From positions 128,001 through 192,000 of the forward strand of contig CM000431.1 of NCBI GenBank assembly GCA_000165345.1: a stretch of 64,000 nt of DNA. The letters run 5' to 3'. How positions within the stretch are numbered: position 1 is the first letter of the stretch; every line of letters starts with the position of its first letter. This document shows positions 33,501 to 42,428 of the stretch, in pieces. Both the position numbers and the translations under genes were made by a program. The notes under the pieces were generated by a model. That model did not search any database and had not been told where the DNA came from. It was given only the letters and a program-made list of their open reading frames with translations.

Positions 33501-34416
33501 TGCTGAGGAATTGATATCTAAGTTCACTTCCTGGTCAGCTTCTATTTCAAGAAAACACTCTTCCATAGTTCCAGATGTTAATTTCAAGCCATCCTTTATT
33601 TTTGTTCCTCCTACACCAAATAATAGAGCTGACTCTCCGAGAATCTTAGAGAAAGAATTCTATATCCATGAATCCGTGTTCTTATTTGCCAGAGAGGAAC
33701 TTCAGAGAATTGAGCTTCCTATGCAACAAATTAGAAATGAGGACCTGGTAGAGGTGAAAATGAGCAGAGCAAGCCTTGCTTTTATTAACAATAATAAACA
33801 AGCTCCTCCAAGTATTACAATACCTCAAGCTCCTAGTTTTCCAGATATTAGACCCAATATCTCTCCAATCTCCCAAGCTCCTTCCTCTATTGGAGGGTTT
33901 AATGATAATGAAATCTCTCATTTAGTCTCGAATATTGAGAAAAAACCTGGTAAATACAAAGAGTCTATAGAAAATACTCAGAGAAGCTCAGAACTAAGTA
34001 ATTCTCTTGAGAAAAAGTCCGATATTAGTTTATCAAGTGGAAGTTTAGGTCAAGGAAGTGAGTCTTCTCAAAGAGAAATGAGTTCTGAGTCAGTTATAAA
34101 GGAGAATTCGGAAGAAAATGTCTCTGAATCTCAGAGATCAATATCACCAAAGTCAAATTTAGAGTCAGAAAATATTCAGGGATTATCAAATGGACACGAA
34201 TATGGGTATAGCACAGATTCAAGTATTACAAAAGGCGAAAAAAATAATTCTAACTCTTTAGCACAAGAAAATAGTCCGAATTCAGACTCCAATTCTCACA
34301 ATTCTCAACCAGAAATGTCTAGCCTCAAGTCTGAATCATCTTTGGATTTTGGATCCAACACTGACTTATCGAGTTCAGACTCAAAATCAGTCTCAGGGTC
34401 TAACTCTGGAGAATAA
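27559..34416 (+). CDS. Large (2285 aa) secreted Ser-rich protein of unknown function with SKSR/SR-like low-complexity tracts.
   Basis: Single 6.9-kb ORF. The N-terminal hydrophobic segment (ILLFFLTSGYLIFSPVVFG) acts as a signal peptide. The N-terminal 250 aa are Ser/Lys/Arg-rich (SKSKSPQKK..RSKSRSPSRSSSKSRSKSRSRSELSKSR). The central 1500 aa have ordinary composition and no motif I recognise. The C-terminal 300 aa are again Ser/Pro-rich. Confidence 0.6.
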   Translation: MNGSKNRPSFSVKILLFFLTSGYLIFSPVVFGIGLSQEQTGFTGYDSPIQETSGLEATNYEARDYSTIFGQDASSSPESKTLGELSRVKSRSADRSPSLPYSQEPSMELENSISKSPSAFPNQSQQYSPVYEQSPSKNSRFVLKRENSLLGELSKSKSSSKSKSPQKKIPSKDKKRPLVVSLSSEASHSERSKSRSPSRSSSKSRSKSRSRSELSKSRTGYGGEMSISSPEISPVKTEKSRSKSRKESSKRPSTPESEFLKEQEVSSSQNMGNIIPLTAPDMSPSPKFSFNEVSPSNRVEASNIEASASPSTLLDQSIPQEASVSSPESSSLLSEELSVKEDGSLNATQMPSRKSSGTSESVSARPYTPVDEGSEFSTLLDGSLSSNEPIDTSHLPLEVASESSIGSNYMTLLSSLYGMQALSGVPLDFSEELFRIEILVSEALYNTGLSISNADVTLLTKRVALVDSSDKNNSFGAQVHPNSFEKIPSFPKVTFNFAECVYQLENILFHTRSFIKPVSMSHILKGCDHIRSSLNISKPIMENNEIFTKVIQYLILRIYNIGNHEILSIIHKRTSIPAILDLTVFEKLQKSLIEDFLSDSTSLPLPVEFWRTIFVQQLHSFNLYSKDLIGGLLDDHFGLMDILLDTMYSDPIKMCPYITSIVFYKVNPFKIEDIRINSAKIQTFCLIYLKNMGLNELVTLNKLNMPTLSRNSRLDQIAKQLAPGFEILPYFHPDFPKDGNDLTWETCYSIYSSVSMMLNSLQLDLIFPQISPLCTKITKKPPSPKFILGMFSRILDIPSTIQNSLLEIQDIDQIISSLSVQLKLPETHLREIYTDYIQGNPIKYLNTIYTILTKSLKFYFGFDSNQESNRQRNSNKTFEQLFLTRNISENTQMFERLNYWSTIHLYFLSFTMGIPNSSEILSGIYSFTPSNCESLLFSFFRRVSYSTRSSIADSLTLCITMYSVIYKNNISSVLVKNISIKELRDALNYKIGTWTPTQNEWMRSIYMVFENKLEIIPNISNIQTLSLTINEDFFNCFYSVNKYLHGMVTVTRFKDIKTPNLENRILNERSLGFNLCSSMSIGAHSTREEAIELRIISTVIEAVRQFGFKIDIEYIKEFINNYKLSNNSAFPSGRIILDNIISKFPNTLGTAIKKAFQANSSSSNSLPYFIQAERIISKTLESRGCFIQNKETSIDGRSFELSRDISISPGNKNVSYYNTINSCLSWKTFGYFNLISCYSVLVNSGTCESKDVILEAMVEIAERLEWPRELILLILSQDFSLSDSNVFQKIKQSTDQEEFEKYLQIIQDLIVHVEEHVNDFSWSEKSLSNPKDESYVLAEPSEVSISKSQTQKINYSFAFGFSKDSIGDYLRLWEYRKEIVLNQIMSFPVNPSLSLTKDEISSLLMDSSPQNINKFVNSKMTPFANKIKELCYKEPHGSFLCEIKTQIGLPPLKIYGKGSNMISTSISVMNPPKELGQENLLVLMIATPSKSSIKWEKLEPQSLLFLSVLMGPKWEKELKRYTQLSVKYFPYSGEYIRLTPPVFKIETKESIIQETSDLLDSSISASISRSPSTKMSKASVLPGVWHEHLGNISIQKLVDFSKFVPDNSNLLINIVWTLASAFNSLWVGGVELCQIDLKSIYAYLGSQNQQSLNMGKILDEFLEFGPNEENVHSLTNFVLHTLSPPLIRFSELGRSRVHSVTESSIEASQSKINECNDQLEVMNIFKNILSSTDLSGKIKGQNLETICREISEIDPTKLDCSSLAWARENSRIPNDLDKWPITDIPIVSPTLKQQEVEIPTSVNPNEEFSNPESKYSEQSRSLLESAPTIPVYIPPSAPSIPPSIPPPIRQSVRHPIPPSISASEPSAKEVVTEESQKKEFSPESPPSEESEVEGTSTNEIFDQASVDQGDSSVFVTNPILPPPPTSTIVKPYKPEDLNEFTLVKVPKGQLMNLHIYPRITGNLSEQRKFEIKELLTTLKGVAEELISKFTSWSASISRKHSSIVPDVNFKPSFIFVPPTPNNRADSPRILEKEFYIHESVFLFAREELQRIELPMQQIRNEDLVEVKMSRASLAFINNNKQAPPSITIPQAPSFPDIRPNISPISQAPSSIGGFNDNEISHLVSNIEKKPGKYKESIENTQRSSELSNSLEKKSDISLSSGSLGQGSESSQREMSSESVIKENSEENVSESQRSISPKSNLESENIQGLSNGHEYGYSTDSSITKGEKNNSNSLAQENSPNSDSNSHNSQPEMSSLKSESSLDFGSNTDLSSSDSKSVSGSNSGE

Positions 34417-34613
34417 ATTTGAAAAGAAAAAGAGAGGGAATAAAAGAAAGAAGGGAATAGAAGAAAGGGGAAAAAAGTATAATCTTAAATTAACAATATA
34501 AATTATAAACATAAAGTATATCGGGATTAGTAGTGAAAATTAACTCAAAAACTTAGCCATAGAAAGAATATAGTAGTCTTAGAAATATCAATTTAACTTT
34601 AATTATAATATAA

Positions 34614-36089
34614 TCACTTAATTAAAGAAGTCTTTTTGTTAATAGAGAAGAAGTAGGTAGAGTTGTGGGAGTTCCAACGTTTTGTGTATAATAGTATAAA
34701 TATAGAGAGAATTAAGATGAAGGAATTAATAATAATTGCAATAATAGTTGGAAAGAAGAAGTTATCTTTATAGTTTCTATGAATAAAAGAGTCCCAAAGA
34801 TTGTATACTAAGGTAAAGAATCCTGCAATTGTGGAAGAAATACCTTGAATTGAATTTAAGTGAGTATAACCAAATGCGGAAGTAAAGAGACTGAAGGAAC
34901 ATCCAATAAAGTAGGAATAGCAGAATACACAAATGACAATTCCAAATAAATGTGATAAGAAGCAATACGGAATAAAGTTGGCAAAAAGGACCAAAATTAA
35001 TAGAGAAGATGCAACAAACAAAACCAAAAATAAGTAGATACCCATTAGATCTACAAAGATACCCACTAAAATAGCTGCAATAAATGTAGTTCCAAGCAAA
35101 AGACCAAATATATTTATAATAGATTCAGAGTATTGTAAGTCTCCAGAAGTCTGATCAAGTAGAATTGATTTCATATTGACAGTAAAGTAAAGCCTTACAA
35201 ACCACATTAAAGAGTATATAATAGTAAAAAGAATGGTTGGAATAGAAATAAGCTGCTCTTTGAATGTTAAAGTCCACTGATAAGGAATATCTTCTTTACA
35301 TCTATTAACTTCAACAACCATTTGACTATTAATTAATGAAAGACGCTCCTCATGATCAAATTCAGTAAGAGAGTTCATAATTTGAGATCTGGAAATAGAA
35401 ACTCTTGTACAATAATCAACAGTTGGAGTGACAAAAGGATGTTTAGGAATAATAAAGTAGAATCCAATCATCCAGAGAATTGAAAAGAAACAATTGATAA
35501 TTATAATAAATTGTGTAGGATTAATTCCTAAATAATGGAAATCAATACCTTTAGAAGAAATATAACGAACTAAATTAACCATAATTTGCATATAAGCGAA
35601 ACTCATTCCAACAGAACCTCCCACCATTGCTACAACAAGATGTTTCTTTGAATCATAAAACACAGAAATAGAAGTCTTTGTTAAAGTTAGAAGTTGTGTA
35701 GAAATTCCCCACAAACATATTCCAATATATGGAAAGTAGAACCAAGTTTTATCCAAAAAAAAGCAGAAAATCCATCCCATAATGTGAAATGCTGCTGATA
35801 GAATAGCTGTATTCCTATTATTAAATAAATCCACAAAATAAGCACCCAAAACTCCTGATAATAGAAGTGAAGATGTACCAAGAGAACATAGACTATTCAT
35901 TGTAGTTAGCTTGAAGTCAGGATCTAACCAGTAATAGGCATCGTTATTCATTAATAATTCCTTTACAGCAGATGGCAATAAATATGGTGCTCCCACCATT
36001 GGTGCAGAAACCACATAAAATAATAATAATGTGGTACTGGAAAATCCCGATTTGGTTTGATTCTCACAAGTAAATGGTTTTTCCATCAT
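34614..36089 (-). CDS. Multi-pass membrane transporter, MFS-like. It forms a head-to-head pair with the gene at 36602..38083.
   Basis: 491 aa with about 12 predicted helices. A conserved-looking loop GVLGAYFVDLFNNRNTAIL resembles the MFS/MCT-type G..D.FG.R motif. Its architecture resembles the divergently transcribed neighbour. Confidence 0.5.
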   Translation of the reverse strand: MMEKPFTCENQTKSGFSSTTLLLFYVVSAPMVGAPYLLPSAVKELLMNNDAYYWLDPDFKLTTMNSLCSLGTSSLLLSGVLGAYFVDLFNNRNTAILSAAFHIMGWIFCFFLDKTWFYFPYIGICLWGISTQLLTLTKTSISVFYDSKKHLVVAMVGGSVGMSFAYMQIMVNLVRYISSKGIDFHYLGINPTQFIIIINCFFSILWMIGFYFIIPKHPFVTPTVDYCTRVSISRSQIMNSLTEFDHEERLSLINSQMVVEVNRCKEDIPYQWTLTFKEQLISIPTILFTIIYSLMWFVRLYFTVNMKSILLDQTSGDLQYSESIINIFGLLLGTTFIAAILVGIFVDLMGIYLFLVLFVASSLLILVLFANFIPYCFLSHLFGIVICVFCYSYFIGCSFSLFTSAFGYTHLNSIQGISSTIAGFFTLVYNLWDSFIHRNYKDNFFFPTIIAIIINSFILILSIFILLYTKRWNSHNSTYFFSINKKTSLIK

Positions 36090-36173
36090 ATTTGTGTGTC
36101 TAGCTTAAGTTCCTTTTTATGAATCCTTTTGACAAAAATTTTTTATTTCGTTTTTTCTTATATAGTGGATACC

Positions 36174-36431
36174 GTGGCGCCTAAACGATAACGCAGGAAT
36201 GCTTGCATTAATAGATTTAGATCCAAATTAGATGATTTTTGTTAAATTTGTTAGAAGAAAACTTAAAAAAAAATATAGAATTCATGTTTAGCCACAGGCT
36301 TTCTTTTCATTGAAATTGTTTCCATCATTTCCCTTAGATAAGCACTTTCTTTAGTTAAAACAGTTTTTTTCCTTCATTTTAATATTTCATAAATAAAATA
36401 CGCACGCGGCGCCACATTCTTGGCGCCAAAT
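36174..36431. promoter_or_regulatory. Bidirectional promoter of the MFS-like pair, carrying three E2F-like sites (GTGGCGCCTAAA at 36174-36185, GCGGCGCCAC at 36407-36416, TTGGCGCCAAAT at 36420-36431).
   Basis: accgtggcgcctaaacg ... cgcacgcggcgccacattcttggcgccaaatcc. The intergenic region is 512 bp. Confidence 0.5.
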
Positions 36432-36601
36432 CCAAAGGTACCATTGTATTGAGACGGTGGGAAATGAAGAAAAAAGGAGGCAAAAAAAAATAACGAAAAT
36501 ATCACAAAATGAAAAAATAGAGAAATCTGACATTGCAATAAGAAATTAGAATTTTTTTTAATAAATAATTTTTTCAAGATATTCTTTTATAAAGAGTTAT
36601 A

Positions 36602-38083
36602 ATGGCTGGCTCAGAAACGGATAAGCGTAGAGCCTCAGGACGAAGAGGAAGCCTTGAAAGTGGCAGAGGAGATTCTCTTGGGAAAAATTCAAATGAGTCA
36701 AATCCAGGAGTTTTCAGAGAGATGTTCGGAACAAAGGAAAATCCTACAGTTATTCCATTTAAATCCATAATTAAGAATCCAAAGATTTATTTTCCAATTA
36801 TTGCACTTACAGCAACTCTTACAGCAGGTCATATTCAAAATCCAGATGCAACCAGAGAACTATTCTTTAAAAGTGGTGCATTTTCTTTTGCTCCTGAAAT
36901 GCTTGAGTCAGGAGAAGCTTTCTTTACCATCAACAATGTTATGTCCGTTGCTAATGGAGCAGTTTTCATTGGTCATATGATTGCAGGTTCTATAATTGAT
37001 AAATTTGGTTTACTCCCATGTGCATTGGTAGGCCATATTTTGTCTATTTTTGGATATACCTTAATGTTTTTATTACATTTCTCTTCCTATGCATATTATT
37101 TTGCTGGTATATGTTTTGGTATTTCTCTATCATGTACTTTTGCATCCAGATCCAGATTTATGCAGATGTTCCCAAAGGTCAAGAACACTGTTGGAATGCT
37201 TCTCACAATTGGTATGGATTTTTCTCTATTATTCCCCTTACTTCAAGATAAGCTTTCAGAACTCTTTGGTGGTACCAAGATTGTAATGACTAGTATGGTA
37301 ATTATCCAAGCAATAATACTCATTCACCATGCATTTATATTCCCATATGGTAAGCTACCTGATAGAATGGAGTATAAAAACTCTAATAATTCACGTAATC
37401 TTGAAGATGAAACCACTGATCTTATTCAAAAGGATGAAACTGAAGAAATTGAACAAGATGGAATTCAAGGTTACAGAGAACTTTCTTGCATTAGGAAGAT
37501 TTTCTCGCTACCTTTCATTGCCTTCTTTATTTATATGTTATTCTTTGCCTTATCTAGAATTCATTACCAACTCTTCTTCAGAAGTACTTGCTTGATGAAC
37601 ATTAGCGACCAAGTAAGCGCTAAAAAAGCTGCAGATTATGGAAATATTGTATATTCATTAGCATCTTACTTATCTCTTGCTTGGGGTTACATTGTAGATT
37701 ACAATGGACTTATTATTACAATGCAGTACCAAATCGCATTACTTATTGGAGCTTACTTCTGCGCAGGATTCAAGTCTGTGAGCAACATTATCCCTCAAAT
37801 CTTATCCAATGTATTTGCTGGTCTTTATACATGTTTTGCTAATTCTTTAACTTATAGTTTCGTAGCTGGTGTGTTTGGCTACGAAAGCTTTGGTGTTGTA
37901 CAAGGTTTAGCTTCTCTTTCAGCATTTGCTTCACTTATGTCAATCAATTACTGGCAGAACTTCTTGGAGAACGTTTTACAAAGAGATTACAATCTTGCGA
38001 ATAAACTTATCATGTATGCCGCCATTGTAATCCTTGTAATTTTATTCATATTAAGAATGATTTACGTTAGAAAAAGCAAGTAA
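36602..38083 (+). CDS. Multi-pass membrane transporter, MFS-like (probable paralog of 34614..36089).
   Basis: 493 aa with about 12 helices. GSIIDKFGLLPCALVG resembles an MFS/MCT signature. It has a Ser/Arg-rich N-terminal tail and is transcribed divergently from its neighbour off a shared E2F-motif promoter. Confidence 0.5.
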   Translation: MAGSETDKRRASGRRGSLESGRGDSLGKNSNESNPGVFREMFGTKENPTVIPFKSIIKNPKIYFPIIALTATLTAGHIQNPDATRELFFKSGAFSFAPEMLESGEAFFTINNVMSVANGAVFIGHMIAGSIIDKFGLLPCALVGHILSIFGYTLMFLLHFSSYAYYFAGICFGISLSCTFASRSRFMQMFPKVKNTVGMLLTIGMDFSLLFPLLQDKLSELFGGTKIVMTSMVIIQAIILIHHAFIFPYGKLPDRMEYKNSNNSRNLEDETTDLIQKDETEEIEQDGIQGYRELSCIRKIFSLPFIAFFIYMLFFALSRIHYQLFFRSTCLMNISDQVSAKKAADYGNIVYSLASYLSLAWGYIVDYNGLIITMQYQIALLIGAYFCAGFKSVSNIIPQILSNVFAGLYTCFANSLTYSFVAGVFGYESFGVVQGLASLSAFASLMSINYWQNFLENVLQRDYNLANKLIMYAAIVILVILFILRMIYVRKSK

Positions 38084-38408
38084 ATCTTAGATACAAGCCT
38101 TGGAATTGATCTTCGAAGCTTAATATTTCCAGTTAATTTAGTGTGAAAATTATCGGTGTAATAGCTTTTTGCTTGTATATATAAGACAATATTTTCAAAG
38201 TTGTACTATTCGAGAAATGTCGATTGGTTAATTAAAATTTGCCAATTGCTTCTTAAGATCAATAGAGGTTTTCCGCATAATAGTCGTATCAACTCATTAT
38301 TAAGAATTTTGTAATATACTGCAAGGTATCTATACTTATATTTATACTATATGTAATTTATTTATACTTTATGTAGAACCGATTTTTGTTCCTACTAACA
38401 CGTATATA

Positions 38409-38424
38409 ATGCATGCATGCATTT
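38409..38424. promoter_or_regulatory. Perfect 16-bp palindrome AATGCATGCATGCATT in the convergent 3' region between the MFS-like gene and the kinase-like gene.
   Basis: aatgcatgcatgcatt (a GCATGC x3 core). Its position between two stop codons suggests a 3'-end or terminator-associated element, or an AP2-type site acting at a distance. Confidence 0.35.
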
Positions 38425-38500
38425 TAGATTAATAATATATTAAAAAAAAAAGACTACTAGTTTCTAAGAATAACCCTAATTATTGAAACTTTTGTGATTC

Positions 38501-40153
38501 TTACTTTCTTCTTGAGCTAAAATTACACGATGGAACCCCCATGAACTGCTCAGCTGTATAACGTTTAAGTATCTTGCATGCTTCTAACAAAGCTTGCTTT
38601 TGGTCGATAAATCTACAGGGATATTTGTCGATTTCCTGATGTAATCTTCTAGTTTTTTTGTTAACTCTTTTAACTCTACATGATTCCCACTGATGGACGC
38701 TTCTAATAGCTGCCTTTAGTTTGCTAAGCTTCATGTTATAATACTTAATGAGCGACCTTATATTATTTATATCATCAGGCTTAACATCTTCACTAAAAAT
38801 CTTTTCTTCTTCCGGTAGAAATGATGGTGGCTTAGCAGGAGCAGTAAGTGGGTCTAAAATTCTAAAATCTAATAGGCCTATATCTTCATATGGTCTTCTC
38901 TCATACTTTCTACATGGATCATTTTCATATTGGATTTCATGGCTGTTCATAGAAATTGTATTCCCGATATCAATAATTTTCATAGAAGTTGGAGTAACTG
39001 CAGCTAATTCAAACATTGTATTAATAGTCTTCCATTTATCAGAACCAAAGTTTGGATCAATGGAAATCATAATATTTCTAGTATGCAAATCACAATGGAC
39101 TTTATTACCATTTTGTAACATGAACATAGCGGCAGTATAAAAAGGAAGCCATATTCCTCTAAGCATCCTTCTATACCATCTACCTACCTGTACCTTTTGC
39201 TCTTGGAATTCCTTCCCAATTAATAAATCATATAATAAGTTTTCATCCTTTAAAACAACAATAACTTTAATATAAGGAATGGCATCCAATTTTTCAATAA
39301 AAAGCATTTCATTAAATACTTCGTTCCCATTTTTATCATTAATGACATAATACTTGGGATGGAGACTCACTCTGACTTCGGGAGTTTTAGAATTTGCTTT
39401 ATAAGAATAACTTAATTGAGAAATTCTCATAGCTCTCTCCAGTTCATTGTAAAGTCTTGCAGGACGAAGGTTAAAGTAGGTATCAATTTTTGCCAAGATA
39501 TGAAAGGATGTGATTGGTTGTACTTTGCTTCCCACAGAACAGTCATATAATTTTTGAGCTAAATCAGGGTTTTTTGGATCCCCCTTTAAAACTTGATTAC
39601 GTGGGAGTACTAAGCAATTCTCCATAACAGTATATTGTAATGTTGAAGTAACAAAGAGTATTGCATATACAAGAGCTGAATTTGCTCCTTCCAAGTTCAA
39701 CTTCCAATTCACCAAAACAGTTTTCTCAGAACTACCTTCTACAGCTTTTTTGGTAATTTGATTAATTTGTGGAACAGATACAACCTTCTGATTCTTATCA
39801 CTTTCACATTTCAAGAAGAAGAATTTCTTTTTGCCTTCTCCTTTAAGAACATTTTGTCCATTACAAATCTCCACAACTCTACCTATACTATGTGCTTTCA
39901 TCGGATTGATACCTCTCAACTCCTCAACCGAGTTTATGCCTTCTTCTCCAGCAGAGTTGGACTCCTTCTTCGAGGAGTCTGAAGAGACCTTTGAAGTACC
40001 TTGAGGAGTTAATCCAGATCTTTTTCTTAGACCACTTTTGTTTCCAGATCTAGAATCGGCAGCTTTGACTATTGATAATTCCTGAATTAAAGTAATCCAT
40101 AGTATCAGTTGTAGTAATAGCAGAACCAAACTGGATTCCTTCACAAAATTCAT
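38501..40153 (-). CDS. Secreted divergent protein-kinase-like protein lacking a glycine-rich loop (FIKK/WNG-like atypical kinase or pseudokinase).
   Basis: 550 aa with an N-terminal signal peptide (LVLLLLQLILWITLIQELSIVKA). Candidate beta3 lysine in KKKFFFLKCE. Catalytic-loop-like HCDLHTRNIMISIDP (the HxDLxxxN pattern). DIG replaces DFG (KIIDIGNTIS). There is no GxGxxG. Confidence 0.45.
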   Translation of the reverse strand: MNFVKESSLVLLLLQLILWITLIQELSIVKAADSRSGNKSGLRKRSGLTPQGTSKVSSDSSKKESNSAGEEGINSVEELRGINPMKAHSIGRVVEICNGQNVLKGEGKKKFFFLKCESDKNQKVVSVPQINQITKKAVEGSSEKTVLVNWKLNLEGANSALVYAILFVTSTLQYTVMENCLVLPRNQVLKGDPKNPDLAQKLYDCSVGSKVQPITSFHILAKIDTYFNLRPARLYNELERAMRISQLSYSYKANSKTPEVRVSLHPKYYVINDKNGNEVFNEMLFIEKLDAIPYIKVIVVLKDENLLYDLLIGKEFQEQKVQVGRWYRRMLRGIWLPFYTAAMFMLQNGNKVHCDLHTRNIMISIDPNFGSDKWKTINTMFELAAVTPTSMKIIDIGNTISMNSHEIQYENDPCRKYERRPYEDIGLLDFRILDPLTAPAKPPSFLPEEEKIFSEDVKPDDINNIRSLIKYYNMKLSKLKAAIRSVHQWESCRVKRVNKKTRRLHQEIDKYPCRFIDQKQALLEACKILKRYTAEQFMGVPSCNFSSRRK

Positions 40154-41084
40154 TTTAAGCCTAACTAATAGACATAAATTTACTATTATTAAGCTTCCAT
40201 ATAAAATTCAACTATATATTGATTTTGAAAAATAATATTATGTGCCATTCACTCTAAGATAACAATCTTGTGAACCTGTTTCTGGTTAAACTACTAAAAA
40301 AAAATTCTTTTAACAATTTATTATCTTAGTTTTGTGTATAATTTCGCTAATTAATCTTTGTTTTTAATATTTTCATTTACCTTTGATTTCCCTTTTAAAC
40401 ATGCGTGCATAAAAGTGTTTATTTGTATGTGTGACACACACCAATCTTCTCAACAACGGCAAAAATAACAACCTTATTTGTCAGTATTCCTTTTTATTCA
40501 TTCATTCCTAACTTTTTTTTCTTATATTTTAAGTCTTATTTATAATCCTTTTCAAAATATTAATCTAACATTTATTCTATTAATCATGAGATCTCAATTT
40601 ACGCGCCTAAATTACTAGATCATAATAAAATAATTAATATACAAGTTGAAAGAAAAAAAAAGGAGCTATCGTTATTCAAACTCCTAGTTTATTCTCTTTT
40701 TTCTTCTAAGTTTGTTTTTAATTCTCTCAAATTTAACAATAGTTGTCTATTCTAATATGGTCGCATATAATCTTTTTCGTATTTCTTCTTATCCCACGTT
40801 AATTGATTATTTCTATTTTGTCATTCCCGCCGAAATGTTGACTACGATACACACTGCATGCACACCGGTATTGAATTGTGAATTTTTTTTTATTAAAAAA
40901 TTTGTTTAAAAGATTAAACGAAAAAAAGATAGTTGCAAGAAACTGGCAAACTAACAAAATCTAAAGAGAAGAAAATTTTAAATAGCCAGGATAATAGTTG
41001 TAGGAGTGCAGACAAATATAATTAAATCTAATAGTTGAAAAATGCTACTAAGTTGCAGATATTGAAGTTCCAGAAAATCAAATA

Positions 41085-42428
41085 ATGTTTGAGTTAAAAT
41101 TCTTATTTTTGTTTTTGGCCCTGGCTTTACTTAGAAATGCTGCTGGAGATGAGTTTTCAGACTATTCTATATTTCAAAGCCCCGAAAGCTCTACTGAGCT
41201 TTCAGGTGGTAGCCTGGGAATGCTAAATTTTGGCCAAAAACAATCCCTAGAGGACACAACTTTTGATACACAAAGCCAAGTTCTTCTTGACCATTTTCAA
41301 GATCCAAATGAACCATCAACAATTGGTAATATGATTTCCGAAAATAATTACCCAGTTGAAAGAAAAGAAATTATTGGATCTTTTGATGATAAATACAAAG
41401 AAAGCCCATATTCAGAAACTTCTATGTCATCTAGAAGAGGAAAAAGATCTCAAAATATTTTTTCCATCAATAAAATCTTGTCAAAGTACTCAAAAGAAGA
41501 ACTTGCATTGCTTAATGAGTATTTGATATCATTCTCTATGCTCCTAAAAAGGAGATTTAGGAAATTCATCTTCAAAAAGTATAGTCCCTCACGAATTAGA
41601 TCTCAATTTGCCAAGATGTATGTTGATAAGTTTGGAGGAAGCAAATCTAAGGCTTTACTTAAGCTTAGAGAGTTTGAGAAAATACTAAGTCTCAAACATT
41701 CTGCTGCAAGAAGACTTTTTCATAGTCAATTCAATCTTTTAATATCAACACTTAATTCAGCAGAAGCACTTATTTATTTAACAGAAAAATGGAGGTACCA
41801 ACCAACTTATATTAGTGAACCTCTTCTAGTTGTAAGCAAAAGCTCTTACAATAAACTAATGAATCTATGTAAGAAAAAATCAAGAAAAACCAAAATTGTA
41901 CTTGTCTCAGCCTCTTCTGAACTTATTCCAAAGAAATTCCGTAAGTCAGATCTAAATGATTCATTTCAAGAGCTTTCAAAGTTTAGCAAAACCATTCATT
42001 CCTTCCAAGAATCTGCTTCTTCTGGAGGAGCTGATTCCAAATTAAGCTTGGGAACAACTCAATGCAATTGGGATTCTTCTCGAAAGAAAAAAGCTAAATT
42101 CACAAAAAGTAGTCTTAAATGCTTTTTCAAGCCTAAAAAGCGCTCATTCTTTCATATCCATTACTATGATATCACGAATACTGCAAAGTTCAAATACTTA
42201 ATGCAAGTCCTCCTCAGGTATAAGCCTAATCCCTATTCTCAGAATGCTTACCCTCTCATTATTATACCAGTATTAATTGGGATTCCCCAAATTGATAAAA
42301 ATGGGTCCATTTTAGGGCTTAATTCTATTACAGAAGTCACAAAAAAGAAGAGAAAGTATGGAAAATCCTTCAATCATAGAAACAAAAAGAAATCTAACAA
42401 GAAAAAAAGAACTAAACTCGGAAAATAG
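41085..42428 (+). CDS. Secreted Lys/Ser-rich protein of unknown function.
   Basis: 447 aa. The N-terminal LKFLFLFLALALLRNAAG is a signal peptide. It has a basic C-terminus (KKKRKYGKSFNHRNKKKSNKKKRTKLGK) and no recognisable domain. Confidence 0.5.
   Translation: MFELKFLFLFLALALLRNAAGDEFSDYSIFQSPESSTELSGGSLGMLNFGQKQSLEDTTFDTQSQVLLDHFQDPNEPSTIGNMISENNYPVERKEIIGSFDDKYKESPYSETSMSSRRGKRSQNIFSINKILSKYSKEELALLNEYLISFSMLLKRRFRKFIFKKYSPSRIRSQFAKMYVDKFGGSKSKALLKLREFEKILSLKHSAARRLFHSQFNLLISTLNSAEALIYLTEKWRYQPTYISEPLLVVSKSSYNKLMNLCKKKSRKTKIVLVSASSELIPKKFRKSDLNDSFQELSKFSKTIHSFQESASSGGADSKLSLGTTQCNWDSSRKKKAKFTKSSLKCFFKPKKRSFFHIHYYDITNTAKFKYLMQVLLRYKPNPYSQNAYPLIIIPVLIGIPQIDKNGSILGLNSITEVTKKKRKYGKSFNHRNKKKSNKKKRTKLGK

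Noticed and set aside
40712-40909. ORF 40712..40909(+), 65 aa, in the 930-bp intergenic region
   Set aside because: Hydrophobic, AT-codon-only peptide with no start context. The region looks like promoter (GCATGCA, CCCGCCGAAA E2F-like sites).
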